Positions 55,550 through 64,000 of a stretch of DNA of 64,000 bases are shown in pieces. Position 1 is the stretch's first letter, and each line of letters opens with the position of its first letter. Source of the stretch: Myxococcota bacterium (GTDB taxonomy: Bacteria; Myxococcota_A; UBA9160; SMWR01). The notes under the pieces were generated by a model. The model was not told the DNA's origin. It searched no databases and worked only from the letters and a program-made list of their open reading frames with translations. The translations under genes and the position numbers were made by a program. Location: assembly GCA_036560145.1 (NCBI GenBank), contig DATBRV010000120.1, positions 22,258 to 86,257 of the forward strand, read 5' to 3'.

Positions 55550-56530
55550 TCAGCCCGGAAGCCGGTTCTGGGCGCGCAGGCGCGACTCGATCCAGCGGTA
55601 GGTGAGCTCGAGACCGCGCTCGAGGCTGGTGGTCGGCACCCAGCCGAGCACCTGACGCAGGCGCGTGTTGTCGCTGTTGCGGCCGCGCACGCCCTGGGGC
55701 TTGCTGGTGTCGTAGCGGAGCTTCACGGACTTTCCGGCGATGAAGGACACCATGCGCACCAGCTCCTCGATCGAGACGAGCCGGTCCTGGCCGAGGTTGA
55801 GCGGCTCGCGGTGCTGGGAGCGCATCAGCCGGTGGATGCCCTCGACGCAGTCGTCGATGTAGCAATAGGAGCGCGTCTGCTGGCCGTCGCCCCAGACCTC
55901 GATCTCGTCGTTCGGGCTGGCCAGCGCGATCTTGCGACAGAAGGCGGCCGGCGACTTCTCGCGCCCGCCCTCGAAGGTGCCGAGCGGGCCGAAGATGTTG
56001 TGAAAGCGCACGATCCTCGTCTCGAGCCCGTGGTCCTCGAAGTAATGCCGGCACTGGCGCTCAGCGAACAGCTTCTCCCAGCCGTAGCCGTCCTCGGCGT
56101 CCGCCGGGTAGGCGCTCTCCTCGCGCAGCGGCGCCACGTCGGGACGGTCCTGGAGATAGCGCGGATAGACGCAGGCCGAAGACGTGAACAGGTAGCGGCG
56201 CACGCCGTTCTCGCGCGCCGCCTCCAGCATGTGCAGGTTGATCAGGGCGCTGTCGTGCATGATCACGGCCTTGTTGGCCTCGATGAAGCCGATCCCGCCC
56301 ATGTTGGCCGCCAGGCCGTAGACCTCCTCGATTCCCTGGGTAGCGCGCTGGCAGCTCTCCCAGCGGCGCAGGTCGAGCAGCTCGAACTCGTGGGCGGCGG
56401 TGGCCTCGAACTCGGGCGGCTTCACGTCGACGCCGCGCACGCGGTAGCCGCGCGCCACCAGGTACTTGCACAGGTGGTGGCCGATGAAGCCGCCGGCGCC
56501 GGTTACCAGGACGCGCGTCTCCTCGGTCAT
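55550..56530 (-). CDS. gme: NAD-dependent epimerase closely resembling GDP-mannose 3,5-epimerase
   Basis: VTGAGGFIGHHL, MGGIGFI, FTSSACVYP, YGWEKL, RFHNIFGPLGTFEGGREKSPAAFCRK, WGDGQQTRSYCYIDDCVEG, GVRGRNSDN. These are collinear with the plant GME sequence as I recall it. Confidence 0.7.
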   Translation of the reverse strand: MTEETRVLVTGAGGFIGHHLCKYLVARGYRVRGVDVKPPEFEATAAHEFELLDLRRWESCQRATQGIEEVYGLAANMGGIGFIEANKAVIMHDSALINLHMLEAARENGVRRYLFTSSACVYPRYLQDRPDVAPLREESAYPADAEDGYGWEKLFAERQCRHYFEDHGLETRIVRFHNIFGPLGTFEGGREKSPAAFCRKIALASPNDEIEVWGDGQQTRSYCYIDDCVEGIHRLMRSQHREPLNLGQDRLVSIEELVRMVSFIAGKSVKLRYDTSKPQGVRGRNSDNTRLRQVLGWVPTTSLERGLELTYRWIESRLRAQNRLPG

Positions 56531-57372
56531 GCCGCCTCGCCGCCGCGGAGCTGCCGCGCGAGATGGAAGACGAAACGGGGATTCTGGATCAGGTAGCGCC
56601 TCCAGAGCCGGCGCGGCTCGCTCGCCAGCCGGAAGAGCCATTCGAGGCCCGCGCGCTGCAGCCAGCCCGGCGCCTGGCGCTTGCTGCCGGCCAGGAAGTC
56701 GAAGGCCGCGCCCACCCCCAGCATCACGCAGGGTAGCGCCTCGCGGTGCGCCGCCATCCAGCGCTCCTGCTTGGGGCAGCCGAGGCCCACGAACAGGATC
56801 CGCGCGCCCGAGGCCTCGATCGCCTGCACGCTGGCCGCGTCCTCCTCCTCGGTCTCCGGCCGGAAGGGAGGGCTGGCCGCGAACGCGACGCGCAGCAGCG
56901 GATGCTTCTCCAGCAGCCGCTCGCGCAGGCGCTCCAGCACCTCGGGGCTCCCGCCGTACAAACCGACCGGCAGGCCGCACTCCTCGGCCCGGCGGCAGAC
57001 CAGACGCATCAGCGTCGGCCCGTACACGCGACGGGTCTCGGGGAGGCCGAGCCCGCGCAGCGCCCAGACCAGCGGTACACCATCGGGGGTCACCAGATCG
57101 GCGGCGTTCACGCTGCGCTGGAAGTCGGGCGCGTCGAAGGCCTCCATCACCATGTGGACGGTCGCGACGCACACCATGCCGCCGGCGCCGGCCTCGGCGA
57201 GATCGAGCACCGCGTCGGCCGCGACGCTGGTGCGCAGCCCGTCCACCCGCATGCCCAGGATCCGGCGCGAGCCCACGCCGGCCAGCGAAGACGAGAGCGC
57301 GTGCCGATCGCGCTTGCGCGGCGGTGCGGACCCTCGCTCGTCCGGTGCGTCGGGGTTCAAGCCGGGATCCAT
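56527..57372 (-). CDS. WecG/TagA/CpsF-family glycosyltransferase (GT26)
   Basis: DLVTPDGVPLVWA, ILFVGLGCPKQERW, GVGAAFDFLAGSKRQAPGWLQRAGLEWLFRLASEPRRLWRRY. The stop overlaps the gme ATG (ATGA). The start is uncertain (ATG 57372 or the internal MRVDGL). Confidence 0.85.
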   Translation of the reverse strand: MDPGLNPDAPDERGSAPPRKRDRHALSSSLAGVGSRRILGMRVDGLRTSVAADAVLDLAEAGAGGMVCVATVHMVMEAFDAPDFQRSVNAADLVTPDGVPLVWALRGLGLPETRRVYGPTLMRLVCRRAEECGLPVGLYGGSPEVLERLRERLLEKHPLLRVAFAASPPFRPETEEEDAASVQAIEASGARILFVGLGCPKQERWMAAHREALPCVMLGVGAAFDFLAGSKRQAPGWLQRAGLEWLFRLASEPRRLWRRYLIQNPRFVFHLARQLRGGEAA

Positions 57373-57529
57373 GGTGGGCTGCGGGGTTGCCTGCGAGCCT
57401 GCGTATCGGCAGGGAGCCGCCCCCGATTGAGCCCTCCGGCGCCCTCGCGGATGCGCAGCTTCCGCCTCAAGCTGCGTGCCGGCATTGCCGATCCAGTGCC
57501 ATCCGCCGACCCCGAGGTTGAGACCATCC

Positions 57530-58690
57530 ATGCCCCGCCGCCGCGTCCTCCGCCCTCGCGCCCTGGCGCTGGTGGCCGGCCTCGCGCTGGCGGCCTGCTC
57601 CGGTCCGCCCGCTCCCGACGCGGGCCTGCCGCCCGGCGCGCTGCTGGTGGCCCGCACGGCCGGGCTCCAGCGCCTGCTCGCCACCGCCGCGAAGCTCGAG
57701 GGAACTCCGCTCGCGCGGCAGGCGCGCGCGCTCGCGGGGCGGCTGCCCGACTGCGAGCGGGTGGAGGCGCGGGCGGACGGCAACGCAGGCCTTCCCGATT
57801 CGCTCGCTTGCGGCGATCCGAACGGCCCGCTGGCCGCGCTCCACCGCAAGCTCGGCGAGCACGACCTCGCCTTCGCGCTGGCCGTGGGCGTTCCCGCGCG
57901 CATGCTGGGCAGCGCGGACGTCGCGGGCGACGGAACCCTCGCCGTCTCGCTGCTGCTCCCCGGCGATGCGCTCGCGGGCCCGGCCGGATTCCTGCTCCCC
58001 GGCCCCGAGCCGGCGGGCCCCCCCGTGCTCTCGACCCGCGCGCAGCTCCTGCACGCGCGCGTGCGCGCGGGCGAGCGCCTCGACCTCGCGTCCTTCGTCC
58101 CGCCCGAGAGCCAGGCCGCGCGCCTCTTCCATCTGGAGAGCGCGCTCTTCAGCGGGCTGGTGCTCGACGGCACCTGGGAGGCCGCCGTCTACCTCCCGGA
58201 GGACGGGAGCGGCACGCCGCGCACGGCGCTCGCGCTCGGCGTGCGCGAGCGCACGGCGGCGGTCGCCGCGATCGAGGCCTTCATCGAGAAGATCCGCGAG
58301 AGCTGGCCGGTGCAGCGCAGCGACTTCTCGGTCGGCGGCGCAAGCGGCGCCTGCCTGCTCGATCTCAATCTGCTCCCGGACCTCGCGCCGTGCTACGTCG
58401 CGACCGAGCGCTCGCTGGTCGCCGGCTGGAACCCCGCGAGCCTGCGCCAGGCGCTCGCGGGCGGGAGCAGGCCGGCGCAGCTCGGGATCGGCCTGGGAGG
58501 CGCGGGGGCGCTCGTCCTCGACCTCGCGCGCGTGGAGGAGGCCGATGCCAGGCTGCGCGCGCGGCTGCCAGCGGGGGCCGTCCTGTTACCCGCTTCGGTG
58601 TACCCGTGGAGCCGCCTCTCGCTGCGAGGGGAGCGCGGGCAGGGCGGCGTCCGGCTCCAGCTGCGGCTCGCCGCGAAGGAGAGCGCGTGA
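57530..58690 (+). CDS. lipoprotein of unknown function
   Basis: MPRRRVLRPRALALVAGLALAAC-SG is a signal peptide with lipobox LAAC. I recognised no catalytic motif. Confidence 0.65.
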   Translation: MPRRRVLRPRALALVAGLALAACSGPPAPDAGLPPGALLVARTAGLQRLLATAAKLEGTPLARQARALAGRLPDCERVEARADGNAGLPDSLACGDPNGPLAALHRKLGEHDLAFALAVGVPARMLGSADVAGDGTLAVSLLLPGDALAGPAGFLLPGPEPAGPPVLSTRAQLLHARVRAGERLDLASFVPPESQAARLFHLESALFSGLVLDGTWEAAVYLPEDGSGTPRTALALGVRERTAAVAAIEAFIEKIRESWPVQRSDFSVGGASGACLLDLNLLPDLAPCYVATERSLVAGWNPASLRQALAGGSRPAQLGIGLGGAGALVLDLARVEEADARLRARLPAGAVLLPASVYPWSRLSLRGERGQGGVRLQLRLAAKESA

Positions 58691-60987
58691 AGCCCGCCGC
58701 CCGCAGGCTCGCGTGGATCGCGCTGGGTCTCGCCCTGGCCGCCGCCGGCGTGGGGCTCGTCTCGGCCGAGCGCGTGCGCGATCAGCTGGCCGTAATCGAG
58801 GCCTGCGAGGCGACCGGGACCGGCGACTTCGCGACCACGCTCGCGCGCACGCAGGGACGCGCGGACGCCAGCGAGACCGGGCGCGCCGCCGCCGAATGCC
58901 GCTGCCTCGCCCTGCTCGCCACCGGGCGCGGCGGGGAATGCTCCGAGCTGCTGGCGCGCGTGCTCGCCGACCCCCGCGCCAGGAGCTGGGCGCCGCGGCC
59001 GGATCTCTCCATCCACCTGATCCAGACCTGGCGCGAGGAAGGGCGCGCGGCCGAGGCCGCCGGGCTGGCGCGGCGCGCCGCGCAGCTGCACCCCGACGAC
59101 GCGCAGCTCTTCGGCCTCGAGCTGGCGACACGCGCCAGCGTCGAGGACGAGAGCGCGGTGCTGGCGGAGCTCGGGGAGCGCCTCGCCCGGCGCGAGGATC
59201 CGCCGGTCGCGCTGCGCGTCGCCCTCGCGAACCGCTGGCTGCTGCGCGGCGAGCCCGCGCAGGCGCTGGCGGCGCTGGGCGCGCGGACGCCGGCGGGCGG
59301 CAGCCAGGATCTCGCGCTCTGGTTCGAGACGCGCGGCCGCGCCTTCGCGTCCCAGGGCGATCTCGCCTCCGTGCAGCGCACCTACACGAGCTGGCGCGGG
59401 TCGGGCGGCGATCCCGGCGAGCTGTTCGCGCGCTACGCGCTCACGCTCAGCATCGCCGGGCTGAAGGATCCCGAGCGCCCGCCGCTCGCGCTGATCCGCG
59501 AGGGAGCGGCCGCCGGCGAACGGGTCTCCGATCCGCGTCTGCGCGAGGCGCTCGCGATCCGCCTGATCCTCTCGCTGGTGAGCGCCGGGCGCCGGGAAGA
59601 GGCGCTCGCCGTCTACGACCGCGAGCGCCTCCGCTTTCCGCTCGAGGGCCTCACGCGCGCCGAGCTGGAGCGCTCGCAGGGGCAGGCGCAGCTCGCCCGC
59701 TCGCCGGGCGCGGCGGCCCGGAGCCGGCTGCGCTTCGCGCTCGCGGAGCCGCGCCCCGGAACCCGGCTGCGGATCTCCCCCGAGCCGGGCGCGCCGCCCG
59801 ACGCCGACTACCCGAGCCTCGCCATGCCGGAGCGCGGCGAGCTCGCGATCGAGCGCGCGCCGGGGAGCGCGCCGCTGCGCTGGGTCTGGCAGGACGCGCG
59901 GGGATCCGTGCTCGGATCGGGGACGCTGAGCCCGCGCCCCGGCGAGACGCGGCGGGTCGAGATCCAGGCGCGCGCGCCGCGGGCGCCCGGGCGCGCTGCG
60001 CTCACGCGGCGTCCGGGCGACGGACACCGGCAGGTGGCGCTCCTGCTGCTCGACTGCGCCGACTGGCGGATCGTGCAATATCTGCGCGCGCGCGGCGAGC
60101 TGCCGGTGCTCGACGCGCTGCTGCGCTCGGGCACCCGCGCGGTGCTGGAGAGCGACCCCCCGCTCACGGCCGCGGCGCTCGAGTCGATCGTGTGGCCGGA
60201 TCGGCGCAGCACGGCCTCCTTCGCGGGGATCGTGCACCAGCTGGGAACCGAGCTGGCGGGGCTCGCCTCGATCGGCGAGAACCCCTTCGACGCGCTTCGC
60301 TGGGTGCTGCCCGAGGAGCGGGATTTCTTCAGCGTGGTGGGAGCCGGCGATCTCTCGGCCGCGAACCTGCTCTTCGCGCATGGGGACATGCAGGCCGGGC
60401 GTCACAGCGAGGTGACGGGGCCGCACGGCGCGCGGCGGCAGGTGCCCCTCGGCGCCAGCGCGCGCGACCTCAGCCCCGCCGAGCGCGCCCGCTTCCCGGG
60501 CCTCGCCGCCGTCCGCGCCGAACGCGACCGCGTGCACCTGCGCACGATCGCGGCGCAGATGGACACCGCCGAGGCGCTCGTCCGCGCGCGCGAGCTCGAC
60601 CTCTTCGCGCTGCGCGTGGAGGCGCTCGACATCCTGACCCACGCGCACTTCGCGGACGCCGTGCAGGACGGCCAGGACGACGGCGGGCGGCTGCTCTTCG
60701 ACGTCTACCGCTATCTGGATGCTCGCCTCGCGGACATCCACGCCGCGCTCGACGCCGACGACCTGCTGGTCGTGATGTCCGACCACGGGATCCGCACCGC
60801 GATGGAGCACGACAAGCCGGCGATCTTCGTCGCGGCGGGCCCCGGAGTTCCCGCGACGCGCGTGGCGGGCACCCCGTCGCTGCGCGGCGTCCCCCACGCG
60901 CTCGCGCGGCTGCTGGGGGTCGAGGCCCCCTGGCCGGACGCCGGCCTGATTCCGGCCACCGCCTTCGCGAGCTCCCGTATGAGATGA
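58687..60987 (+). CDS. membrane-anchored TPR-like repeat protein with a C-terminal alkaline-phosphatase-superfamily (NPP/phosphodiesterase-like) domain
   Basis: The GTG overlaps the lipoprotein stop (GTGA). N-terminal TM LAWIALGLALAAAGVGLV. Helical repeats. C-terminal VALLLLDCADW, DPPLTAAALESIV (candidate Thr nucleophile) and LLVVMSDHGI. Confidence 0.6.
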   Translation: MKPAARRLAWIALGLALAAAGVGLVSAERVRDQLAVIEACEATGTGDFATTLARTQGRADASETGRAAAECRCLALLATGRGGECSELLARVLADPRARSWAPRPDLSIHLIQTWREEGRAAEAAGLARRAAQLHPDDAQLFGLELATRASVEDESAVLAELGERLARREDPPVALRVALANRWLLRGEPAQALAALGARTPAGGSQDLALWFETRGRAFASQGDLASVQRTYTSWRGSGGDPGELFARYALTLSIAGLKDPERPPLALIREGAAAGERVSDPRLREALAIRLILSLVSAGRREEALAVYDRERLRFPLEGLTRAELERSQGQAQLARSPGAAARSRLRFALAEPRPGTRLRISPEPGAPPDADYPSLAMPERGELAIERAPGSAPLRWVWQDARGSVLGSGTLSPRPGETRRVEIQARAPRAPGRAALTRRPGDGHRQVALLLLDCADWRIVQYLRARGELPVLDALLRSGTRAVLESDPPLTAAALESIVWPDRRSTASFAGIVHQLGTELAGLASIGENPFDALRWVLPEERDFFSVVGAGDLSAANLLFAHGDMQAGRHSEVTGPHGARRQVPLGASARDLSPAERARFPGLAAVRAERDRVHLRTIAAQMDTAEALVRARELDLFALRVEALDILTHAHFADAVQDGQDDGGRLLFDVYRYLDARLADIHAALDADDLLVVMSDHGIRTAMEHDKPAIFVAAGPGVPATRVAGTPSLRGVPHALARLLGVEAPWPDAGLIPATAFASSRMR

Positions 60988-61020
60988 TCCCGCACGGGGC
61001 GGGAGCGAGGAGTGGGCCGG

Positions 61021-61824
61021 ATGCGAGAGCTGAAAGGCTACCAAGACAAGACCGCGCTGGTGACGGGGGCCTCGAGCGGGGTCGGCCGGCTGCTGGCCAT
61101 CCGGCTGGCGCGCGAGGGCGCCCGCGCCGTGGCGCTGGTGGCGCGCCGCGAGGCGCAGCTCGGCGAAGTCGCGCGGGAGGTGGAGGCGCTCGGGGCGCGG
61201 GCGCTCGCCCTGCCCTGCGACGTCGGCGACCGCGCCGCCGTGCTGGCGACCGCGAAGACGGCGCTCGCCGAGCTGGGCAGCATCGACCTGCTGGTGAACA
61301 ACGCCGGCTACGGCCACCACCGCCGCTTCCTCGAGTGGGACCTCGACGACATGGAGCGCATGCTGCGGGTCAACTTCCTGGGCTCGCTCTATTTCACCAA
61401 GGCCCTGCTCCCGCAGATGGCCGAGCGCCGGCAGGGGTGGATCGTGTTCGTGGCCTCGGTGGCCGGGAAGCTCGGCGTGCCCGAGGAGAGCGCCTACGCG
61501 GCTTCGAAGTTCGCGATGGTCGGGTTCGCCGAGGCGCTCTCGATCGAGGTGGAGGACGCCGGGGTCCACGTGCTCACCGTCTGCCCGGGCACCGTGCGCA
61601 CGGAGTTCTTCGACGAGGAAGCCCTCCGGCGGATGCCGCCGGTCTCGCGCCGGATGATGATCGAGCCCGAGGTCCTGATCGACGCGATCCTGCGCGCGCT
61701 GGCGCGCGGCAAGCGCGAGATCACGGTGCCGCGCGGAATCGCCGCGGCCTACGTGATGCGCGCGGTGGCGCCGGGCATCCTGCGCCGCAGCACCAGGCGG
61801 GCCACCATCGAGGCGCTCGGCTAG
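61021..61824 (+). CDS. SDR-family oxidoreductase
   Basis: TALVTGASSGVGR, NNAGYG, YAASKFAMVGF. GAGGAG RBS 9 nt upstream of ATG 61021. Confidence 0.85.
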   Translation: MRELKGYQDKTALVTGASSGVGRLLAIRLAREGARAVALVARREAQLGEVAREVEALGARALALPCDVGDRAAVLATAKTALAELGSIDLLVNNAGYGHHRRFLEWDLDDMERMLRVNFLGSLYFTKALLPQMAERRQGWIVFVASVAGKLGVPEESAYAASKFAMVGFAEALSIEVEDAGVHVLTVCPGTVRTEFFDEEALRRMPPVSRRMMIEPEVLIDAILRALARGKREITVPRGIAAAYVMRAVAPGILRRSTRRATIEALG

Positions 61825-61835
61825 CGGGCGCTCGC

Positions 61836-62660
61836 CTACGTCTTCGAGCTGGCGCTCTTGCGGTACATCTCGCGCAGCCCGAGCCGGCGCACGAGCCAGG
61901 CGGGCAGGCGCGGAAACAGCTGGCCGAGCGCCGCCGTCAGGCGCGCCGGGCCCGGATTCACGAGGATCTCGGGGACGTCGTCGCGGATCGAGCGCAGGAC
62001 CGCCCTCGCCACGGCCTCCGGCGTCGAGCTTCCCAGCAGACGGGGAGCGCGGACGCCCTCGGCGCGGGCGCGATCTGCGAACATCCCGGCATCCGACACG
62101 AATCCCGGGCAGATGGCGGAGGCGCTGACGCCGCTGCCCTCGTAGCTCACGCGCAGGGACTGCGTGAAGCCGATCAAGCCCGCCTTGCTGGCGGCGTAGG
62201 TCTCCGTGAGCGGCGGACCCGCCTTTCCCGCCAGCGAGGCCAGGTTCACGATGTGTCCTCGCGAGCGCGCGAGCATGCCCGGCAGGCACAGGCGGGTGAG
62301 GGTCATCACCGAGACCAGATTGGTCGCGAGGATCTGATCCATCTCGGCGAGCGGCAGCTCGTCGAAGGGACAGACCACCTCGATCCCCGCGTTGTTGACG
62401 AGCACGTCGATGGAACCGAGATCCGACTCGACCTGCGCCACCAGCGAGGCGAGGGCGCTGCGGTCCGTCACGTCCACCGGATAGGCGAACGCCGGCCGGC
62501 CGGCCTCGGACAGCGTCTTGGCCAGCTCCGAGAGGGGAGCCGCCGAGCGCGCCACCAACGCCAGCCGCATGCCGGCGGCCCCGAGCGTCTGGGCGATCAC
62601 GCGCCCGATCCCGCGAGAAGCGCCCGTGACGAGGGCCACCCGGTTCCCGAGGTCGCGCAT
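61836..62660 (-). CDS. SDR-family oxidoreductase
   Basis: VALVTGASRGIGR, NNAGIE, YAASKAGLIGF. Confidence 0.85.
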   Translation of the reverse strand: MRDLGNRVALVTGASRGIGRVIAQTLGAAGMRLALVARSAAPLSELAKTLSEAGRPAFAYPVDVTDRSALASLVAQVESDLGSIDVLVNNAGIEVVCPFDELPLAEMDQILATNLVSVMTLTRLCLPGMLARSRGHIVNLASLAGKAGPPLTETYAASKAGLIGFTQSLRVSYEGSGVSASAICPGFVSDAGMFADRARAEGVRAPRLLGSSTPEAVARAVLRSIRDDVPEILVNPGPARLTAALGQLFPRLPAWLVRRLGLREMYRKSASSKT

Positions 62661-62686
62661 GTGCGTGATGGTACCATCGCGAGTCC

Positions 62687-63479
62687 GTGCAGCGGGAAGG
62701 ATTCCGTGTCACCGCGGCGCACGAGGCCGAGCATTGGTGGTTCCGGTCGCGGCGCGATCTCTTCCTGCGTCAGGTGGAGCGCGCCGCGCGCGAGCTGGGC
62801 TTCCCCGGCCGTCCGCTCCGGCTGCTCGATTTCGGGTGCGGAACCGGATTCAACCTCGCTCCTCTGCGCGCCTACGGCGAGGTCAGCGGCGCGGACCGGC
62901 TCCGGCCGGAGGACGAGGGGTTCCGCCGCGAGGTCGGGTTCCCGATCCTCGACGTGGAGCGCGATCTCGCCGCCCGCGCGGGAAGCTTCCACGTCGTGAC
63001 GGCGCTCGACGTGCTCGAGCACCTGGAGGACGACGTGCGCGGGCTCGGCCCGTCGTGCAGGGTCGACGCCGCGGGGCCACCACCCGCTTCTTCGACGTGA
63101 GGACGGAACCGATCCCGGAGGCGGACTACGTGGTGATGCTCTCCAGCCTGTATCACTTCCGCAGCGGCGCGGGGGAACTGCTCGAGCGCATGAAGGCCGC
63201 GCCGCGATCATCAGCGAGCCGATCCGGAATCTCTCGTCCCAGGGCTCGCTGCTGGGACGCCTCGCGATCCGGCTCTCGAATCCCGGCGTCGGGGAGTACG
63301 CCGAGCGATTCGACCTCCCGGAGCTACGAGCGCTGGCCTCCGCGCACGGCGCCTCGGAGCTCCTGCACCCCGAAGGCGCCCGCAACGCCCTCGCCGTCCC
63401 CCCCCACCACCTAGACCCGATCCGACCTTCGAACGAGCAAACGGAGGGAGGCGGCGGGGGGTGGGCGGAGGCGAAATAA
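62687..63479 (+). pseudogene. decayed SAM-dependent methyltransferase gene(s); the coding signal jumps between three frames
   Basis: Frame A (62687-63100): LLDFGCGTG and VVTALDVLEHLEDD, then a stop. Frame B (about 63075-63200): FFDVRTEPIPEADYVVMLSSLYHF..ELLERMKAA. Frame C (about 63204-63479): AIISEPIRNLSSQGSLLGRLAIRLSNPGVGEYAERFDLPELRALA, running into the left arm of the 63442 inverted repeat. There is no single intact ORF. Confidence 0.45.
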
Positions 63480-63602
63480 AGCGGAGCCGGCCCCGCAAGC
63501 CGACCGCTCCCTCGACGCCACAAACTCGAGTTCCGGCACGCGCTCCCGAAGAGAGGAACGGCGAGCCATTCGCCGCAGCCCACCCCCCGCCGCCTCCCTC
63601 CG
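63442..63602. repeat. 161-nt element bounded by perfect 25-nt inverted repeats
   Basis: CGGAGGGAGGCGGCGGGGGGTGGGC (63442-63466) and its exact reverse complement GCCCACCCCCCGCCGCCTCCCTCCG (63578-63602), separated by 111 nt. I see no ORF inside. Confidence 0.85.
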
Positions 63603-63628
63603 ACGGCCCGCATCGTCGGATCAGAGAA

Positions 63629-64000
63629 CTAAGCGCGCTCCACAGCGACCGGCAGCGCGCCCATGCGCGGGATGCCCGAGACCGGGTCGAACTCGTCGTC
63701 GGCGCGCAGCAACCGCCCGGTGTTGGACCCCACCGCGCGCGGGTCGGCCGTCTCGCTGGGCAGCGCGCCGAAGGCGTGCGTCATGGCGACCACGCCGGGG
63801 CGCAGGGTGGCATCCGCCTCCACGATCCCGAGGATCTCGTCGTGGCGCGACCGGATCCTCGCCAGGTCGCCGCTCGCGAGCCCGAGCGCACGCAGATCGT
63901 CGGGATGCAGGAAGGCCGGATTCCAGGGCTTGCCGCGGGTCAGGCCCGCGAGGCTCTGGCCCGTCGAGTTCACGAACTGGTTCGAGCGGCGCGGCACCAG
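63629..64000 (-). CDS. molybdopterin oxidoreductase, C-terminal molybdopterin-dinucleotide-binding domain; 5' part lies outside the window
   Basis: The frame is open to the window edge. PAFLHPDDLRALGLASGDLARIRSRHDEILGIVEADATLRPGVVAMTHAFG is typical of the Molydop_binding beta-barrel. Confidence 0.75.
   Translation of the reverse strand: MVPRRSNQFVNSTGQSLAGLTRGKPWNPAFLHPDDLRALGLASGDLARIRSRHDEILGIVEADATLRPGVVAMTHAFGALPSETADPRAVGSNTGRLLRADDEFDPVSGIPRMGALPVAVERA

Noticed and set aside
57467-57481. Sigma-54-like sequence on the minus strand, CGGCAC-GCAGC-TTGA, upstream of the GT26-gme-GT4 operon.
   Set aside because: The nearly invariant GC of the -12 element is GA here, and the -26 T is missing. 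It is worth testing only if start-site data point to it.
62518-63074. N-terminal two-thirds of the 298-aa ORF 62518-63414.
   Set aside because: It is antisense to the well-supported SDR gene (61836-62660) and then out of frame with the methyltransferase motifs. Only its distal part (about 63075-63200) looks protein-like, and that part is treated as a pseudogene fragment.

Overview
Very GC-rich (about 70 percent by eye, not computed), tightly packed bacterial chromosome segment. I call about 50 protein genes. I recognised no rRNA, tRNA, CRISPR array, transposase or integrase. Many long ORFs in the six-frame track are antisense artefacts of the GC bias and were discarded. There are three main blocks. 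(1) 20.2-29.7 kb, minus strand: an eight-gene hopanoid operon, dxs-hpnD-fni-tetR-hpnC-hpnE-shc-hpnH, in which every junction has overlapping stop and start codons. (2) 30.7-33.7 kb: a histidine kinase plus NtrC-type sigma-54 activator operon, and a divergent 108-aa membrane-protein gene. Each is fronted by a perfect TGGCAC-N5-TTGC promoter, and the two promoters sit mirror-symmetrically around two tandem dyads. (3) 35.5-61 kb: a large Wzm/Wzt (ABC-transporter-dependent) glycan assembly locus whose first operon has a third perfect sigma-54 promoter. This locus contains a polyprenyl-phosphate sugar transferase, a GT26, four GT4s and three paralogous GT2 modules. It also has a four-domain fusion (GT4, methyltransferase, pyruvyl-transferase-like, GT2), a GT8 fused to a sulfotransferase-like domain, and a GDP-mannose 3,5-epimerase-like enzyme. 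Further members are an AsnB homologue with both catalytic motifs degenerate, a GT-C membrane protein, and a lipoprotein coupled to a TPR-like/alkaline-phosphatase-family protein. The rest of the window holds a zinc-ribbon/adenylate cyclase/STAND/TPR protein, a KstD-like/FadH-BaiH-like/KSI-like/thioesterase set, transporters, SDRs, a decayed methyltransferase and a partial molybdopterin oxidoreductase. Non-coding oddities are two long inverted repeats that fill intergenic regions and a roughly 36-48 nt intergenic repeat present three times. All functional calls rest on motif recognition by eye. No database search was run.
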